Part shown: one piece after another, positions 29,104 to 43,365 of the stretch
How positions within the stretch are numbered: position 1 is the first letter of the stretch
How the letters are laid out: each line of letters begins with the position of its first letter
NCBI GenBank assembly: GCA_001642005.1
Contig: LWCA01000033.1
Coordinates: 1-64,000 of the forward strand
Reading direction: 5' to 3'
DNA: 64,000 nt
Origin: Intoshia linei
Taxonomy: Eukaryota; Animalia; Orthonectida
The notes under the pieces: generated by a model
The model's database searches: none
What the model was told of the DNA's origin: nothing
What the model saw: only the letters and a program-made list of their open reading frames with translations
Position numbers and translations under genes: made by a program

Positions 29104-29240
29104 TTTGTAATGATGTAATTGATGCATTTTATAATGACGTGCACAATTGTTTTAAAAAATTTATTAAAAACATTAGATATTTAAAAAAGCTATTCAACAA
29201 TTATATATATTAATATAAAATAACAATTAGACAGTAACAA

Positions 29241-32200
29241 TCATTCGTTCAGGGGCATATTAACAAAATCGTCAACTTCGAATATATAATTTGGTCTTTG
29301 ATATATTTGACCCGATGCATCGTCTGTAGTGTATATTTCTTCGTCATTTTCAAATTGTTGGTTTGTTTGATTAATTTCATTGTTGGTTTCTGGCATGCTT
29401 ATTTGTCTTTGGTGGTACCCGTTATTTATTGGTTTTAAATTTTCCTTATAAATTTCTTCACCAAGTTGGTGGATGGATGAATTTGCTGTTTCTCGTTGAT
29501 TTGTGTATCCGTTATAACTTTGTGGGTGCTATTGTAATATTATTAAAAACTTTACATTAAAAATTTCTCTAAGGTCAACATCTCAACATTACTGTTTATT
29601 TTTATAATTTTTAATCGATACCAAAAATAAAAAATAGTGTTGAGATATTGATTTACGCTAGTTAAACTCCCATCAAAATGAAAAAAATTGTTAATCCATC
29701 TAAACCTGTTTTAGTACTTTCAAAGCTAGGGACTCTCAACCTTTCTTGATACAATTCTGATGCAAAAATGTGATATCTCTCACGTGTTGATAAAAACTTG
29801 CTATATCATATAACCTATGTGATTTATCTTAATCATCCTAATTTATGTATAGTTATTAATGTGTCACATTTTTTGCAAATTTTGAGTAATTGAGAGGAAA
29901 TTAGAACTAAATGTGTGTATTTTTAAAATAGAAAAAATATTATTAATCAAAAACATTTAACGCTATATTCGAGTTGAGTTTGTCATTTCAAATTTATCAT
30001 ATACAAATTAACACTGAAAGTTATTCTAGTGCAAAGTAGATATAATTATATATTCATGGTGATGGGATTTTTACATTGTAACCAGTTTTATGTTATAATC
30101 TTTTAAATTAAACTATAAACAAATATAATCCGCATAATTATCATTGAGTTTTATTGATGGTTAAAATCCTAAAAATGTAATAAATATTGTATTTTATCAT
30201 CAACCTTGGTAAAAAACGAGAAAATGAACTATAGTAAAATTTGAAATAATGAACCACATATAATATAACACGGGCTTCAACATAATAACCTTGAAAGTGT
30301 CATTATATATATCTACTTTTTATATGATAACGCAAGTCGAATATAGTGTTAAAAATTTTCATTGCAAACTATTCTTGAACCGACTGATAACTAATTGTCC
30401 TTGATTATTAGATACCTGTGACACTCTAATATTTATACATGATTATTTTGATACAATTTATTTTATAAATAGATGTAAATATATTATGAAAAATATGTAA
30501 ATATACGTTTATGTTTATGTAATTTGAGTATTCATGATTTTGTTGATTGGAAGAATAATTACTGGAATCTACGATTTGCACATTGGATATAGGATTTTTG
30601 TTATAATCGACATTGTCGTTTTGTTTTTTTTCTAAAAATTAGAGTTGAAAAAGACAATTTAGTTATATACTTTGTAGTTGATAATTGGTGATGTCTATTC
30701 AACCAAACGAGATAAGTGTAATTGATGAACCCAAGAGTGAGTCAATTGAATCATAAATTGAATGTATCATAATTTTTCAGGTTTCAAATCAGAAATATAA
30801 ATTTTACATCAACAATCAAAAGGTCAACTAGTTCAACAAATTTCAGTCTCAGCTAATTATAACTAAGTCTTAGACAAGAAGCTAGCAGAATAAACATTTC
30901 CGACCGAAAACGTGACTTCAAACAAAAGAATTTTAATAACTAAATTGAAGCCTCATATGTTCACCTTAGAATTTAATATTATTCTCATACATTTTGTTGT
31001 GATGTACAAGACACCTTGTCATTTATTGTCATTATTTTAATCATCAATATTCTTTTTAACATTTTGAATCAAATATTTTTTTAATTTCACATTAAAAAGA
31101 TAGAAAAGGATTTGGATTACATTGGAAACATTCATACCGCATATACCAGTATGAGAAGCGCTGGTTTAACTGAAGTATATTATTTTTCTAGATTCAACAC
31201 ATAATCTAATTAATTTTTTTTGAATGAATAAAATAAAAAAAAATTATTATTATTTTATTATAAATAAATTTTTCTGTAAAAAATGAATCTATAAGATTTT
31301 ACTCAAATGTAAAGATCATCGCATCAAGGTGAATCACACAAACAAGATACATTATATCAATATCATTTTTACCCTAAAATCGATATTTATTACATCACAT
31401 TTACTCAGTAAAATACCTCAATAATAATAGATATTGATATTTTAAGATTAAAGTGCATTACCTTTGAATCCATTAGTTGATCCATTCCTATAAAACTTTG
31501 GATCATATTCACAGTTACCATTCACATGCACATTATGTTCATTGTTTGTTTCATTGGTTTCTTCACCCCAGTTAGAAACCACATTCACATGTGCAGCGGA
31601 ATCTAGGTATGACTAAATCTAGTTAAAATATTTCTAAACCTCCAGAGTTTGTCATTACAATCTCGTTTTGATTATACAATATTGGTTCGTAATAATTTTG
31701 GAATATTATATCTTCACTTTTTCTACGGTATTTTTGTGTGTTTTCATAATTTTCCAATGTACTGTAAGATTCACTGAATACAGCACGATTAGAATTGTAA
31801 AGCGCTTTTACTGCTTGGTTTGGATTATTGTATGCTGAGATCTATATTTTATAAATTAATCAATATTTAATCTACTCAAAATGGTTCTATGCAAATATTT
31901 TAACATTTTTTCATAAAATAAATGCCATCTAAAAAATTTTTATATGAAATATCTTGTAAAAAGTTTAGAATCAATGAGAATGTAAATTATAATTATCAGA
32001 TTTCAAAATTTAAATAATTTTGCTATTTCAGGCACGTGATTTGTACACAACGACCGTATGCGCATAAAATTTTTTAATTCTACTGGTTTGAATACATAAC
32101 TAATAAGGTTTAGGAAATTCTGTTTTCAGAAAGGCAATTACATAAAAATTAATTTTTAATGGATATCAGATTTATGTTGAACTAATAATGTTAATTTATT

Positions 32201-35200
32201 TATATGAATAAAAGTAAATGATATAATTGGCACATTTTCATATTCAGATTCTGCGTGTAAAAGATTGTATTTAGTCTGCTAGTGCATTACTACTGTTAAA
32301 TTCGTTAACATTCAATTTTCTACGATTAAATACAAGAAATGGTGATTAATCAACTCTATAGAATGTCCCATATAAGCAAAAGATATGGAATAAAAAATTA
32401 TCAAAATATTATAAAAACAAATAGAAATAAATTGACCATGCTTTTGAAAAATTATATACAAAATGAAATCACGTTGAGCGGTATTAGGTAATCGAAAAAA
32501 GTGAAAAATTATATATTTAATTAGACTTGACATAATCTAAATATATCATTCATAATCAAGATTCCAGATCCCTCTTGGACTTTAATAACAAAACATTGAG
32601 TAAATAACAATGGATGATCTTCCACCTTCAAATGTCCGTAAACGTGTACTAAAATGCTGGAATCAGTCATTGGTTGAGAATCAGTTTTGCATATTTGATG
32701 CAAAATTTCTTTTGGATGTTTTTCTTGCAATTTCACAATAGAGGCAGCTCCCATAGCTTCATTCCCTTCATATGATGCTTTTGATTCATCATTATACAGG
32801 TTTCCTAAAATTTCTCGATTTGTTCTGTATTTTTCATAAAAAACGGTGACAAATTCTTCTGCAATAGTTTTCCATTCCATATTAGAAATATAAAAATTTA
32901 AATGTCTCGAATTATTTACAAATATATCAACTTTATTTAACTTTAATGAATTTAATTTATATGACAGTTATTATGGTGAAATGAACAAAAAATGTTTTAA
33001 TTTTAAGAGACATTTATTCTATTTGTTTTTTATTTATTTATTTTTAAATTTTTAACACAAAATTTAAAAAAATACAAAATCGAGATTATAAATTTGGGAA
33101 TTATTTATATTGATCTAATGTTTTATCAAGCTTAGTACTTTATAGGATATAACTTATATAAACAACGAAGGTTAAGACTATGTGACTCATTATGTGACCG
33201 ATGGCTCATTAAACTCATGTGTGATTTTATCAAATATGCATATATCAATATGGTTCGAAGAAAATTAACATGTTTCAAATAATTAGGTGCCTAAAATTTA
33301 AAACGACATTATTATACAAGATTCTTTATTTTATTGCTTTCAATTAGATTCAACTGTGAATTTTACTACAAAACGTTTATATTATAAACATTTATAAATA
33401 ATATAGATTTCACACTGGGTCACATACTGTGACCTATCTAACATCTGGCACCTTCCGCGAAATTATTCTGACCCTCCCATCTCTCGAGTATAATGTAATC
33501 ATTTGTATACAGATTATATTTATATCTTGTTTACTGATTAATCACTTTTGATGAAGCGAAAATTTTCACAGTATCCACAGATAGTATTATTCGCATTGCG
33601 TATCAATGTACTAGGGTGTTTTTCAAATGTGGTAGCATTTGTTATATTTTCATAATAATATCATTAATAATGTACACTGTTTTAGCTTGACTATTATGTA
33701 CTTTGTACAAACATCAACTTTTTAATTTTAAGACTGAATTTGGGGTTTTGGCCCTGAAGATATAATTTTTTTTAATTCTCCAACTTGTTTAATTTTAAAA
33801 AAAAAGCACAATTGGGGTTTTTGACCCGTAAGATGTGAGTTTGGGAGATTAAAATTTAGTTGGTACTTATTTCAATAAAATAAAACACACACAGACACAC
33901 ACAAAAAAATCGCGTAGCCTTTTAAATAAGTTTGGATAAGTTATTTTTGACCGGGAATTTTTAGATTTGTGGGGTTAAAATTTTTTATCTATATCAACTG
34001 GAATAAGCTGTATGAGAATAATATTTTTTTTAAATACAAGCACCATTGATTATTTAAAATTTTTTGTTTGTTAATAAATTAGTTACAAATTAAAAAAATC
34101 AATTCTAAAATTCTTTTTTGATGTGAAGACGTCAATTTGTAAAATAAATTGATCTTTTTTGTTCAGGTAACTGACAATAACAATTCGCTATGATTTTTTT
34201 AAAATTCTACAATTCTTCATTTTTTCAAAAAAGTGTTATTTGAGGTTTTTATCGTGAAAAGCAAGTATTTCAAGTTGCGTTTAATGATAATGCTTATTAT
34301 TTTGAAAAAAAAACCCAGAATTTGTTTTATAAAATTCTACATGTATGACTTTTTTAATTTTTTAAAAAAAGGATAATTTGTAGTTTTGACTATGATAATG
34401 TAAGTTTTGAGGTTAAGATTTATGGCAATGTTAATGCCCAGAATTGGGCAATTTTTTTTACATATTTACTCAAAGATCACCAAAATTATTATGTGGGTGA
34501 CTGGTCGTCGACTCCTGATTTAAAGCGTTCAAATTTAAAATTTTACTAATTTTATTATTTTATTCTGGAACAAATCTCATCTCTAGCTTTGAAATTTTTA
34601 AAAATAAGACGTAAAATTAAATGAACACCATTTCAACATCCAACGCGATCCTATTATCGTATATCACTATATTAAACTAATTCAAAAATGTACACAATAA
34701 TTAGTGTCCAATGAATTCGTTATAATTAGATTAATTCGTGAGTAAAATGCGATAATTATGGACAATTAACGATTCTGACATATTAAATACTGAATTATAA
34801 TAGATAAAATATATAATCTCGACATCTATGATAATAAATAGCCTGTGACAAGGAATAAAATATGAAAATCAAATTAACAAAGAATTTATCATGGATAACT
34901 GGTCAACTTATATTTGAATTAATGATTAATTAAAATACAATAGAATTAATAAATACATTAATGTATAGATCAAAATTTTATTATAACTATATTTAACTAT
35001 GAACGATATATTCTTGGTTACAAATTTTAGACGTGTGGCTACATTAGACGTACATGTGTATGTTATGAATCAACAAATATATTATATAATAATGTTTTAT
35101 TGATCTTTCTACATGCATACATGTATAAGAAATATGAAATGCTTATTATACAATGATACATTGTAAATTGATAAATTATTAATGTTACTATTCATGTAAA

Positions 35201-36508
35201 GCTTAATTGTATATTATTTCATTATAATTAATTATACAGCGTGACAAAAAATGAAACAGTTTTAAAGTTGTTCAAATACCACACTACATGTGAAATGATG
35301 CATAAAACAATAGTTATAAATCACATGACTCAGTTATTGTACGTAAAAATCAACATGTTGATATATAAATACTAAATTAAAAATTTACCGCTTGATTAAT
35401 GGTAGGTCTTTTGAAGCTATTTGCAATAGGAATGCATTCGCTGTTAAGAGACCAATTGTTATCAATCTTCCAATATGAACCCTAATTTTTTTTTAAAATA
35501 AATACAAATTAAATAAATTTTGACAATGTTTGACATTGACAATACAATTTTTTGGAAAATAAAAATTTAATGATGAAAAGTTAAAAAAAAATTTTAGTTT
35601 TAATTTTAATGTTTCGAAAAAGTAGATTAAAAAATAAACAATGTATCTGTTTTAATAAATCTCAAGTATCGATTCGTGACACCCTTAAATGGATCGATTA
35701 ATAAAATAATATTTAGAATATCTCCAAAATAAATAAAGGTTATAACAACAAATACACTAACCATTGGCCAAAGTATGCCATTTCTATTTTTTATACACCT
35801 AGGATTCATAATAAAAATAAAAACAGACTTAAAAACATTAAAATATAAAATTTCATATTACTAACAACATTGAAATGCGAGTTTTATAAAATGTATACAA
35901 AATAAAACATACCTTTCCAGGGTCATCTTTGGTACGTGGAAGTTTGGTAAAGCATTTGTTTAGTGAAAGGTTGTGACGTATAGAATTCTAAAGGTATAAA
36001 ATGTATAATATTAAAACTGAAACAAACCTTCCATCCATTGGTAGCATTTTTGTAAAAGGGATAATGTTCCATGATCCAATTGTAAATTTCACTCAAAGTC
36101 ATTTTTTTGGTTGAGGAACTATTTATAGCATACGTGATCAAGGAAGCATAACTATATGGTGGTTTTCCAGACTTTGACCTTGAAATTCCTCGATAATTTC
36201 CATTATTCGAAAAACTGTTATTTGCATTATTTTCGGAATTTCTCGATGTCATTTCTAAAAAAGACACAATTATGCACATTACACCTTTTTTTACTTGTTA
36301 AACCATCCGATGATATCAATCTCAAATCTAAATCATCGGGAGTGTCATTGTCAGTGGTAGAATTATCTAAACCACATTCATTGAGTTTATGCAACCAGTC
36401 CATCGTTGTCAATGAACTATCCAAATCTAGTTTTCGTTTGGATTCCTCAATTGTGTTTTCTTGTTCCTAAATTATTCAATTATATTTATTTCTTTATTTT
36501 ATTACCAT
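29241..36508 (-). CDS. FOXJ2/3: Forkhead transcription factor, FoxJ2/3 class
   Basis: N-terminal [11 protein letters not shown] motif typical of FoxJ2/J3. Forkhead domain [27 protein letters not shown]|[18 protein letters not shown]|GSYW. Exons 36508-36506, 36466-~36295, ~36254-36028, ~35987-35913, 35481-35389, 31841-31640, 31602-31462, 30631-30507, 29528-29241 join in frame. The last four exons are assigned by phase and position only. Confidence 0.85.
32521..32880 (-). CDS. NUTF2: Nuclear transport factor 2 (NTF2)-family protein, single coding exon
   Basis: 119-aa ORF with NTF2 hallmarks: [60 protein letters not shown]. Confidence 0.9.
   Translation of the reverse strand: MEWKTIAEEFVTVFYEKYRTNREILGNLYNDESKASYEGNEAMGAASIVKLQEKHPKEILHQICKTDSQPMTDSSILVHVYGHLKVEDHPLLFTQCFVIKVQEGSGILIMNDIFRLCQV
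33730..34440 (-). mobile_element. Helitron-family repeat fragments in the FoxJ2/3 intron
   Basis: Shares blocks ggttttggccctgaagatata, gacccgtaagatgtgagtttgggag and ctggaataagctgtatgagaataat with the other copies. Confidence 0.65.
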
Positions 36509-38017
36509 TTTATTTATAAAATTTTAGAATTTTTTCAGGATAGGGTTTATGTATTTGACCGTTTTGGCTTTGGTTCGCTATAGTAATATTATTTACCGTT
36601 GCACACGTAAATATTTATATTTTTTTTGTTTTTAAATAAATTTTTATATATCTAATCAAAAAAACACACAGTTCGTTACTAAAAATGTTTTAAATGCGTA
36701 CAATGGTCTATGTTTTTTGGTAACCAAAAAACATTAGGTAGAATACAATATAAATGTAGAATAGTACCGAAATTGCCAATTTTATTGTAAATCGATTAAT
36801 CTGGATGAATAGACTTATATAAATTTGTTTAGAATTTACACTGATATATTTCGACTGATCGCCAATAAATATTTTATGTGGAAGGCAGGATAAGATCTTT
36901 GTCAATTATTAAACAATTGCTTTACAATTTGTGTGATGTATGGTCTCAATGCATTTAGTGCGTTATATCATACAAGTGTGTACGTGTTGTTACAGATATG
37001 TGAATTCAACCAATTAGATTTTATTTTAAATTACATTAATGCGTTCGAATTTTATTTCACTATAGAATTGTATATTCAATTTTTTATGAAAATATTTTTC
37101 ATCAATTTATAACGCATTAACCAACATTTTTGTTACAAAAAGTGACAAAACAATTCAATAAGTTAAAGTGGTTTAAATTGTACTATTTTTTAAATAATTA
37201 TCAATTTTTTGCCTTTACATTTTAATTTAATTTTATCTATTTTATTCACCGTTGGTAATTTTATAACTGTACAATTCATTAATTTAGCTACATGTGTATG
37301 TTTGGATTATGATGGATAAAATATATACCGCTGTAGTATCATTAATATGTATTATTTTAAAATGTACATTGGATTAAATTATAAACACATTATGGTGTCA
37401 TTCGATTTTTATCGATTATAAAAGTAAAACAATCAATACGTTTCATGTACATTTAAATGTATTTATTTGTTAATTCGGCTCAATTTTGATTGAGAAAATC
37501 AGTTTTCAAGTATTATATTTAAATTAATATGGTAATTATCGATTTTGGCAACATGTTATATATTTTACCATTAAATTGTAATACAGTAGTTACTATATTT
37601 GGATACATTTTAAATTAATTGTAGATATTTGCTTAATTTAACATAAATGTTATTTCACGACAGAATTAGTATGATCGACAATTTATTTATCTGAAAACTA
37701 TTGATACATTGAGCTATAAGTTAATCCCACAATAGACCGTACATTTAAATTTCAAGTTTTAATATAATATAAATGGTCCCTAATAGTGTACAAAGTATAT
37801 AAATAATATAATAAGCGTATAATATTAAAAATAAAGTAAAAACAATCCTTAAAGTTGTCATAAATACAATGTAGCATAAATTAACTAAAAAATAAAATTA
37901 TAAAAACCTATTTTATCATTTTCAATGTGATAATATATATTCAGTACCAATTTATTAAATACTTAAAAATACCAATTATTTATCAATAATTAACGGTATC
38001 AGCACTTTATAAACATA

Positions 38018-39070
38018 TTTCAGTTATTGAAATAAACGATAACACAGTCACAAACAAATATTGCAAACCATATTATATTTGTAAGGAAAGAATAACAACT
38101 CAAAATGAATTTCGTAAAAACCAAAATAAATGAGCTACAATTTTAATTTAAAAAAAAGTCCACAAAACATGGGAAACCCATCACAAGAATTACAACCATA
38201 GAAAAACATATACATTTGACAGTTTTTAATTGTTCAGTATTTTACATTTCACACTGTAACATTGTATTAATCTGATTAAATTTTATTTAGAAAGGTGTGC
38301 CCTTATTAAATTTTTTGGAACGTTAGTCCTCAGTAAATGCTTGGCAAATTAGAAAATAAAATGACCTCATTAATAATTATATTTATTTAAAAGTTAACAA
38401 TAATCATATACTAATTTTAAATTAAATCAACGACCCAATGCAGCTATATGTACCAGTATGTAAATTACTCGCAAGAAAATGTTTACTGAAGTTGTTGCGA
38501 CAGCCATTTTAAAGTCAAGTCTGCACTTTCTAACAATACAGAAAGTTACCACGCTTGCCGTTATTGTTATCATTACCACTCCAGGAAGAATCACTCCAAA
38601 ACAGATAATTACTAAAAGAAAAAATGTATGTATATAAAAGTAAGATTCATTTTATTTAAATACCATCGACAATAAATGGTATACTATTATCACACAGATC
38701 CGAATCTACCGTACCCGAGAGCCTCCTAGAGGCCTTGAAAATGTATTTTTTCAATATCATAACTATCAAATTCTGACTAGTGGAGAGGTGGTTCGAGATA
38801 TAATAACTCATAGTTTGCAAAAAAAATTTGTTTTTTGTCTTGTTTATGAATGGTTTATTTTTGATTTTTGGGGGCTTCGAGCATGGTAAGTTCAACTCTA
38901 ATCACATATATTACAGTTCTATATATTTCCAAAATCACTTTGTCAAACTCAAGCTTATTTTTTCAAAATTCAAACAAAAATTTATCTTCGTTTACGGAAT
39001 TTCTATGAAAAGCAATAGTACAGTCAAGTGTTAAGACTATTTATAATAATAAATAACCTATTCGGTATTT
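38018..39070. repeat. ~1.05-kb direct duplication, copy 1 (copy 2 at 45380-46458)
   Basis: Colinear high similarity along the whole length. The ORF track gives near-identical peptides at 38828-39034 and 46211-46429. Confidence 0.92.
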
Positions 39071-42000
39071 ATCTAAATTGAATATATAATGATATTTATA
39101 TTATTAATTATATATTATAAAAATTCACCATCTAAAATTTGGATATAAAAACAATGTGATCAATCGTAATTGACCATTAATTAGTGACCAACGTATTAAT
39201 ATACAATAACTATTTCTATCAGTATTGATATAGAATAAACTTTAGTATTCTGCCCGCATTAATAATTTTAAATTTAGCACATTTTTGAAATAATAATGTA
39301 TCGGTTGTCTAGGTCTTGGGATAAAATCCCAAAATCTGAAAACTTTGGTTTCCATATACATTTCAAATAGGTTTAAATTAAAGTTCATAATAGAGCATGT
39401 CTTTAATTATGTGAATAATATAATTACTCCATAATGTTGCACTGATGATAAGTACATCTACCATCAATAAATCTATTATTAGAATAGATGCAATTGAATC
39501 CGCTAAAATGAAAATATTATAATATCTATGAAATCAAACCTCTTGATGCATATTTACTTGGAGCTACATAATTATAAATATACATGTAAATAGAAATTAA
39601 AAATGATATATGTTTATATATTCATAATTTATATGTACAGCAGAACCACATCTTGATAAAAATCTACTATCAAAAATGGATTTTATCACCATAAACCAGG
39701 GGTTCCCAAACTAATTTTGTCTGTTGCTTTCTTTAGCAAAATATTTTTTCAACGGCTACTTAAAAAATTTTTAGATTACGTCGTAATTATTAAACTTTTT
39801 TATTAACAGATATTAAAATTATTAAATTTGATCACTGACAATAGTAGTCATGCTTCGCCATAACGAAAACTCACCATACCGAACATATTTTTTACAGTTA
39901 AAATGAAATTTCACCGAATATGGTAAATTTTCAATAACGAACAAAAAAATTTGAAATAATAATAAAAATAAATGAACATATTAAATTATTAGAACTATCA
40001 AAGTTAAAAGGGTATAATATTACAACTCTTTTTATCTCTCTTCTTGTGACTCTACTATTCTTATGATGTTAACACACACCGACTTTTAATATAGCCCTTC
40101 TGTTAGAATTAGTTACCATATGAAATATAAGTTACATTATATATACAAATGAGTCATTATAAATTATATTTATAAATTATAAATTAATTAACAAAAAATT
40201 ATAAACATCATTACGAGAAAGTTATGTTCTTTAGTATAAAAATTAAATTTAATAAGCTTTAATGAAAATAATTTTAAATAATGCTCACGGGAATGGTCAA
40301 CAAAATTATGAAAATTAATATATTTAAAAATAATAATAATACAATTATCAATATAATTTTATCAAAATTTTAACAAAGCAGTTGAAAATTCACTAATTAA
40401 TGTCATAATCATTATGAATATGTTTTTACTACTTTTATCGTTGTATAATACTACATAAATTGATAATGATTCATTTACACTTGATGACGAATGAGATTCT
40501 GATGTTGAACTATTCCTGGATATTACTTATAATTGAGCAAAAACCTGATATTATTATAACAAAAGTACAAAAAGTTACTGTTAATAATATCGAGGATGAA
40601 GTACAAAAAATGTATAGTATCACAGATATGAAATATCTATAAAATACGCTGTGGAACATAAAGTATATATTCTAAAGAATATACCTGAAGATATAGGAAT
40701 TATTCTACCGCTCAAATCTAACCTAGTTAAGGAAAATGGTCAAAACATAACAATATAAAAAAATGTAAAATAAAGTTTTAAATGAGATGTTTTGAATGTA
40801 TTTATATTATATAAGATGTTCAGTATTATCAATAACGAACAGTTCTAAAAAATGGAAAACTGCTTTTCGTTATGTCATGAATTGATAAAAACATGATTGT
40901 AATTGACAATAAAGTAAAATAACACAAAAAAAATCAATAATTGTGAGATTATTAATCCATCAATTCGTTATAAAGTCAAACAGTTCTGGATATACAATAT
41001 TATCGGAACAAAGACGATATCAAAGATAATAATCTTTGATTAATTAATAATTATTACAAAAATCACTAAGTCATAAAATGAGTTATCAAAATGTGATATT
41101 ATAGACATGTTGTGCTGTGAAAAATTATAACAAATAATAATTAACCTTTCACTTCGGTGGTATTTTCATCGGCTAAAAAAATAATTAGACCAAACAAACA
41201 TTAAATTATACAGCATTTCGGTGGTTTCAATACATTGATTTGACATTTAGCATAGAAATTATCTCTGAATTTGGAACAATTGACTGACATCAACATACAA
41301 GCTTTGACTAATTTGTTTGATATGTATATACGTTGTGTGAAATGTTTGTAAAAATCCATTTTAAGATTGTACTTGGTGGCCAGTGGATAATTGAAATCTT
41401 CACTAAAATGATTAAATCAATAATATCGAAATTAGATCATCATTTCAATGAACATAAAATTTACACTCGGACCATATACAAATAAATATATGTATGTTAA
41501 AATATATAATTATATATTATAATTTAGTAAATTTGTAATATATTATAAATAATATTATACAGCCATAACTAGACCTGAATGGATGAAAATTATGGGCTAT
41601 AATATAGCCTATATAAATAAATTGTTATAGTAGTAGTCACGTTTTACTGTGGAATTTTCAAATATTTCTTACGTCTTTAGATGGTTTTCTTTTTAATATA
41701 TTTTCTAAAAACATCTAAAATGAGTTGTAACTCTGAGATGTTCATAGGATGTAATTAAGAAAATTGGCTGCATTTCTTAGCAAATTTAAATGGGAATCAG
41801 TTTGATCAGTGGTTCTTAAACTTTAAAGTTTACGAATTACATAAGTTTGAACTCAGTTTACTTATATTGTAGGCATTACACCTCGTTAGTGACAAATATT
41901 TGGGTGGAATCTAAAAATACTTAGGGCTTGGGCGTTTTAGGTTTGGTTCTGATCGCCTATCAATTTTCTATTTATGTAAATAGTGTCAAAATTAAAAGTT

Positions 42001-42711
42001 TTTTCTATAAGATTTTAAAATCGTTTTTCAAAACAATATTTGAAAAAAGGGAATTTTCCTTAAGGGTTGGTAAAATTATATTTTTTGTATTGTGCAGTGA
42101 ATATAAGGGATTTTTTTAAAAAATATCGGTATAAGTAGATTTTTCATTGGATGTTTGAATTGCTATTTTTTGTTAATACTTATGGCACTGTAAAATTTGA
42201 TATTGGTGTAATAGTATATTTTAAATTTTAAATGTGGATAAAAGTGGGGTTATTGAAATATTCATGTAGCTATTCTGTAATAAATATTAAAAGTTCTCCT
42301 ATAAAAATAAAGAAATGTTGATAAAATTTTTTTCATATTTTATTTGAATCTCACAGACCCAGACATATAGTTTTGGACCTTTAGTATAATTATGATGCTA
42401 GTCATTTTAAAATAGAATCAATCGAAATTTATATACTTAAAAATAATTTTTTTTCATTAACGCAGAAATTCGTGTAATACGAAATTTTGAATTCAAAGAT
42501 ATTAGTATAAGTATTAAAAATATTACTTTGTAATATAATAAGGTTCACTGGAAAATTGATACAAGTTCATTAGTTTGGATATTCCAAAAATAGTCGAATT
42601 AGTATTATCTTCACTTACAATTTTGAATAAAAATGATTTATTCTAAACAATATTGTACAGTAATTATTACAGAGCTAACTGTTTTTTGTATTAAATACAT
42701 AACCTTTAAGC

Positions 42712-43365
42712 CAGTGTTTCTAAAACGGTGTGCCGCGAGATTTTCTGGGGGTGCCGAGGAGAAATATCATTTAAGAATATTAATTAGTGTTGTATATGAT
42801 TACGGAACATACTACAGTCAATTCTGTTCTATATGAACATCCCAGAATATGAACTTAACTCAATATGAACAAACATTGATTGGACATTTCGAAACTTTTA
42901 ATTATATTATTATCGCCATTCATATATGTTCATATTACAGTATATATAAACTCGACTATTGAAATCAAGAATATTTTCTAATTTATACAAAGAAATCGGT
43001 TCATAATATACCAACCTGTTTATACATGCTGAAATTAGATGGTTGTCAAGAGGAAAGATGTTATGAAGAGTATATGATATGAAATGCTTACATTTTTTAC
43101 TCTCGAATCTAATTTTGATAACCAGAATTTTGCATTTAATTAAATGACGCGTATTGGTGTTTTAAATTATCTTTATGAGTGGATATATGGACATCTCAAC
43201 AACCTCAATACTAAAATGCAAGGAAGAAACGAAAACATTCCATCTTCATTAGATTCAATTTGTGTTTTTAAAGAAAAAATTAATATGTCTCATTTATATG
43301 TATGTGTATTTCAAGTTTTAAGAGTCAACGTTGATGTTAATACAAATAGTGCTCAAGGATAATAA
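42712..43365 (+). mobile_element. Degraded hAT-Charlie (ZBED5/FAM200-like) transposase fragment
   Basis: End CAGTGTTTCTAAAACGGTGTGCCGCG. Peptides LLIHAEIRWLSRGKML*RVY and IYGHLNNLNTKMQG..SICVFKEKI are typical of Charlie-type transposases; stops and frameshifts present. Confidence 0.85.

Noticed and set aside
31100-31375. Possible extra FoxJ2/3 exons
   Set aside because: No acceptor and donor pair gave an open phase-1 frame, and the exon chain closes without them.
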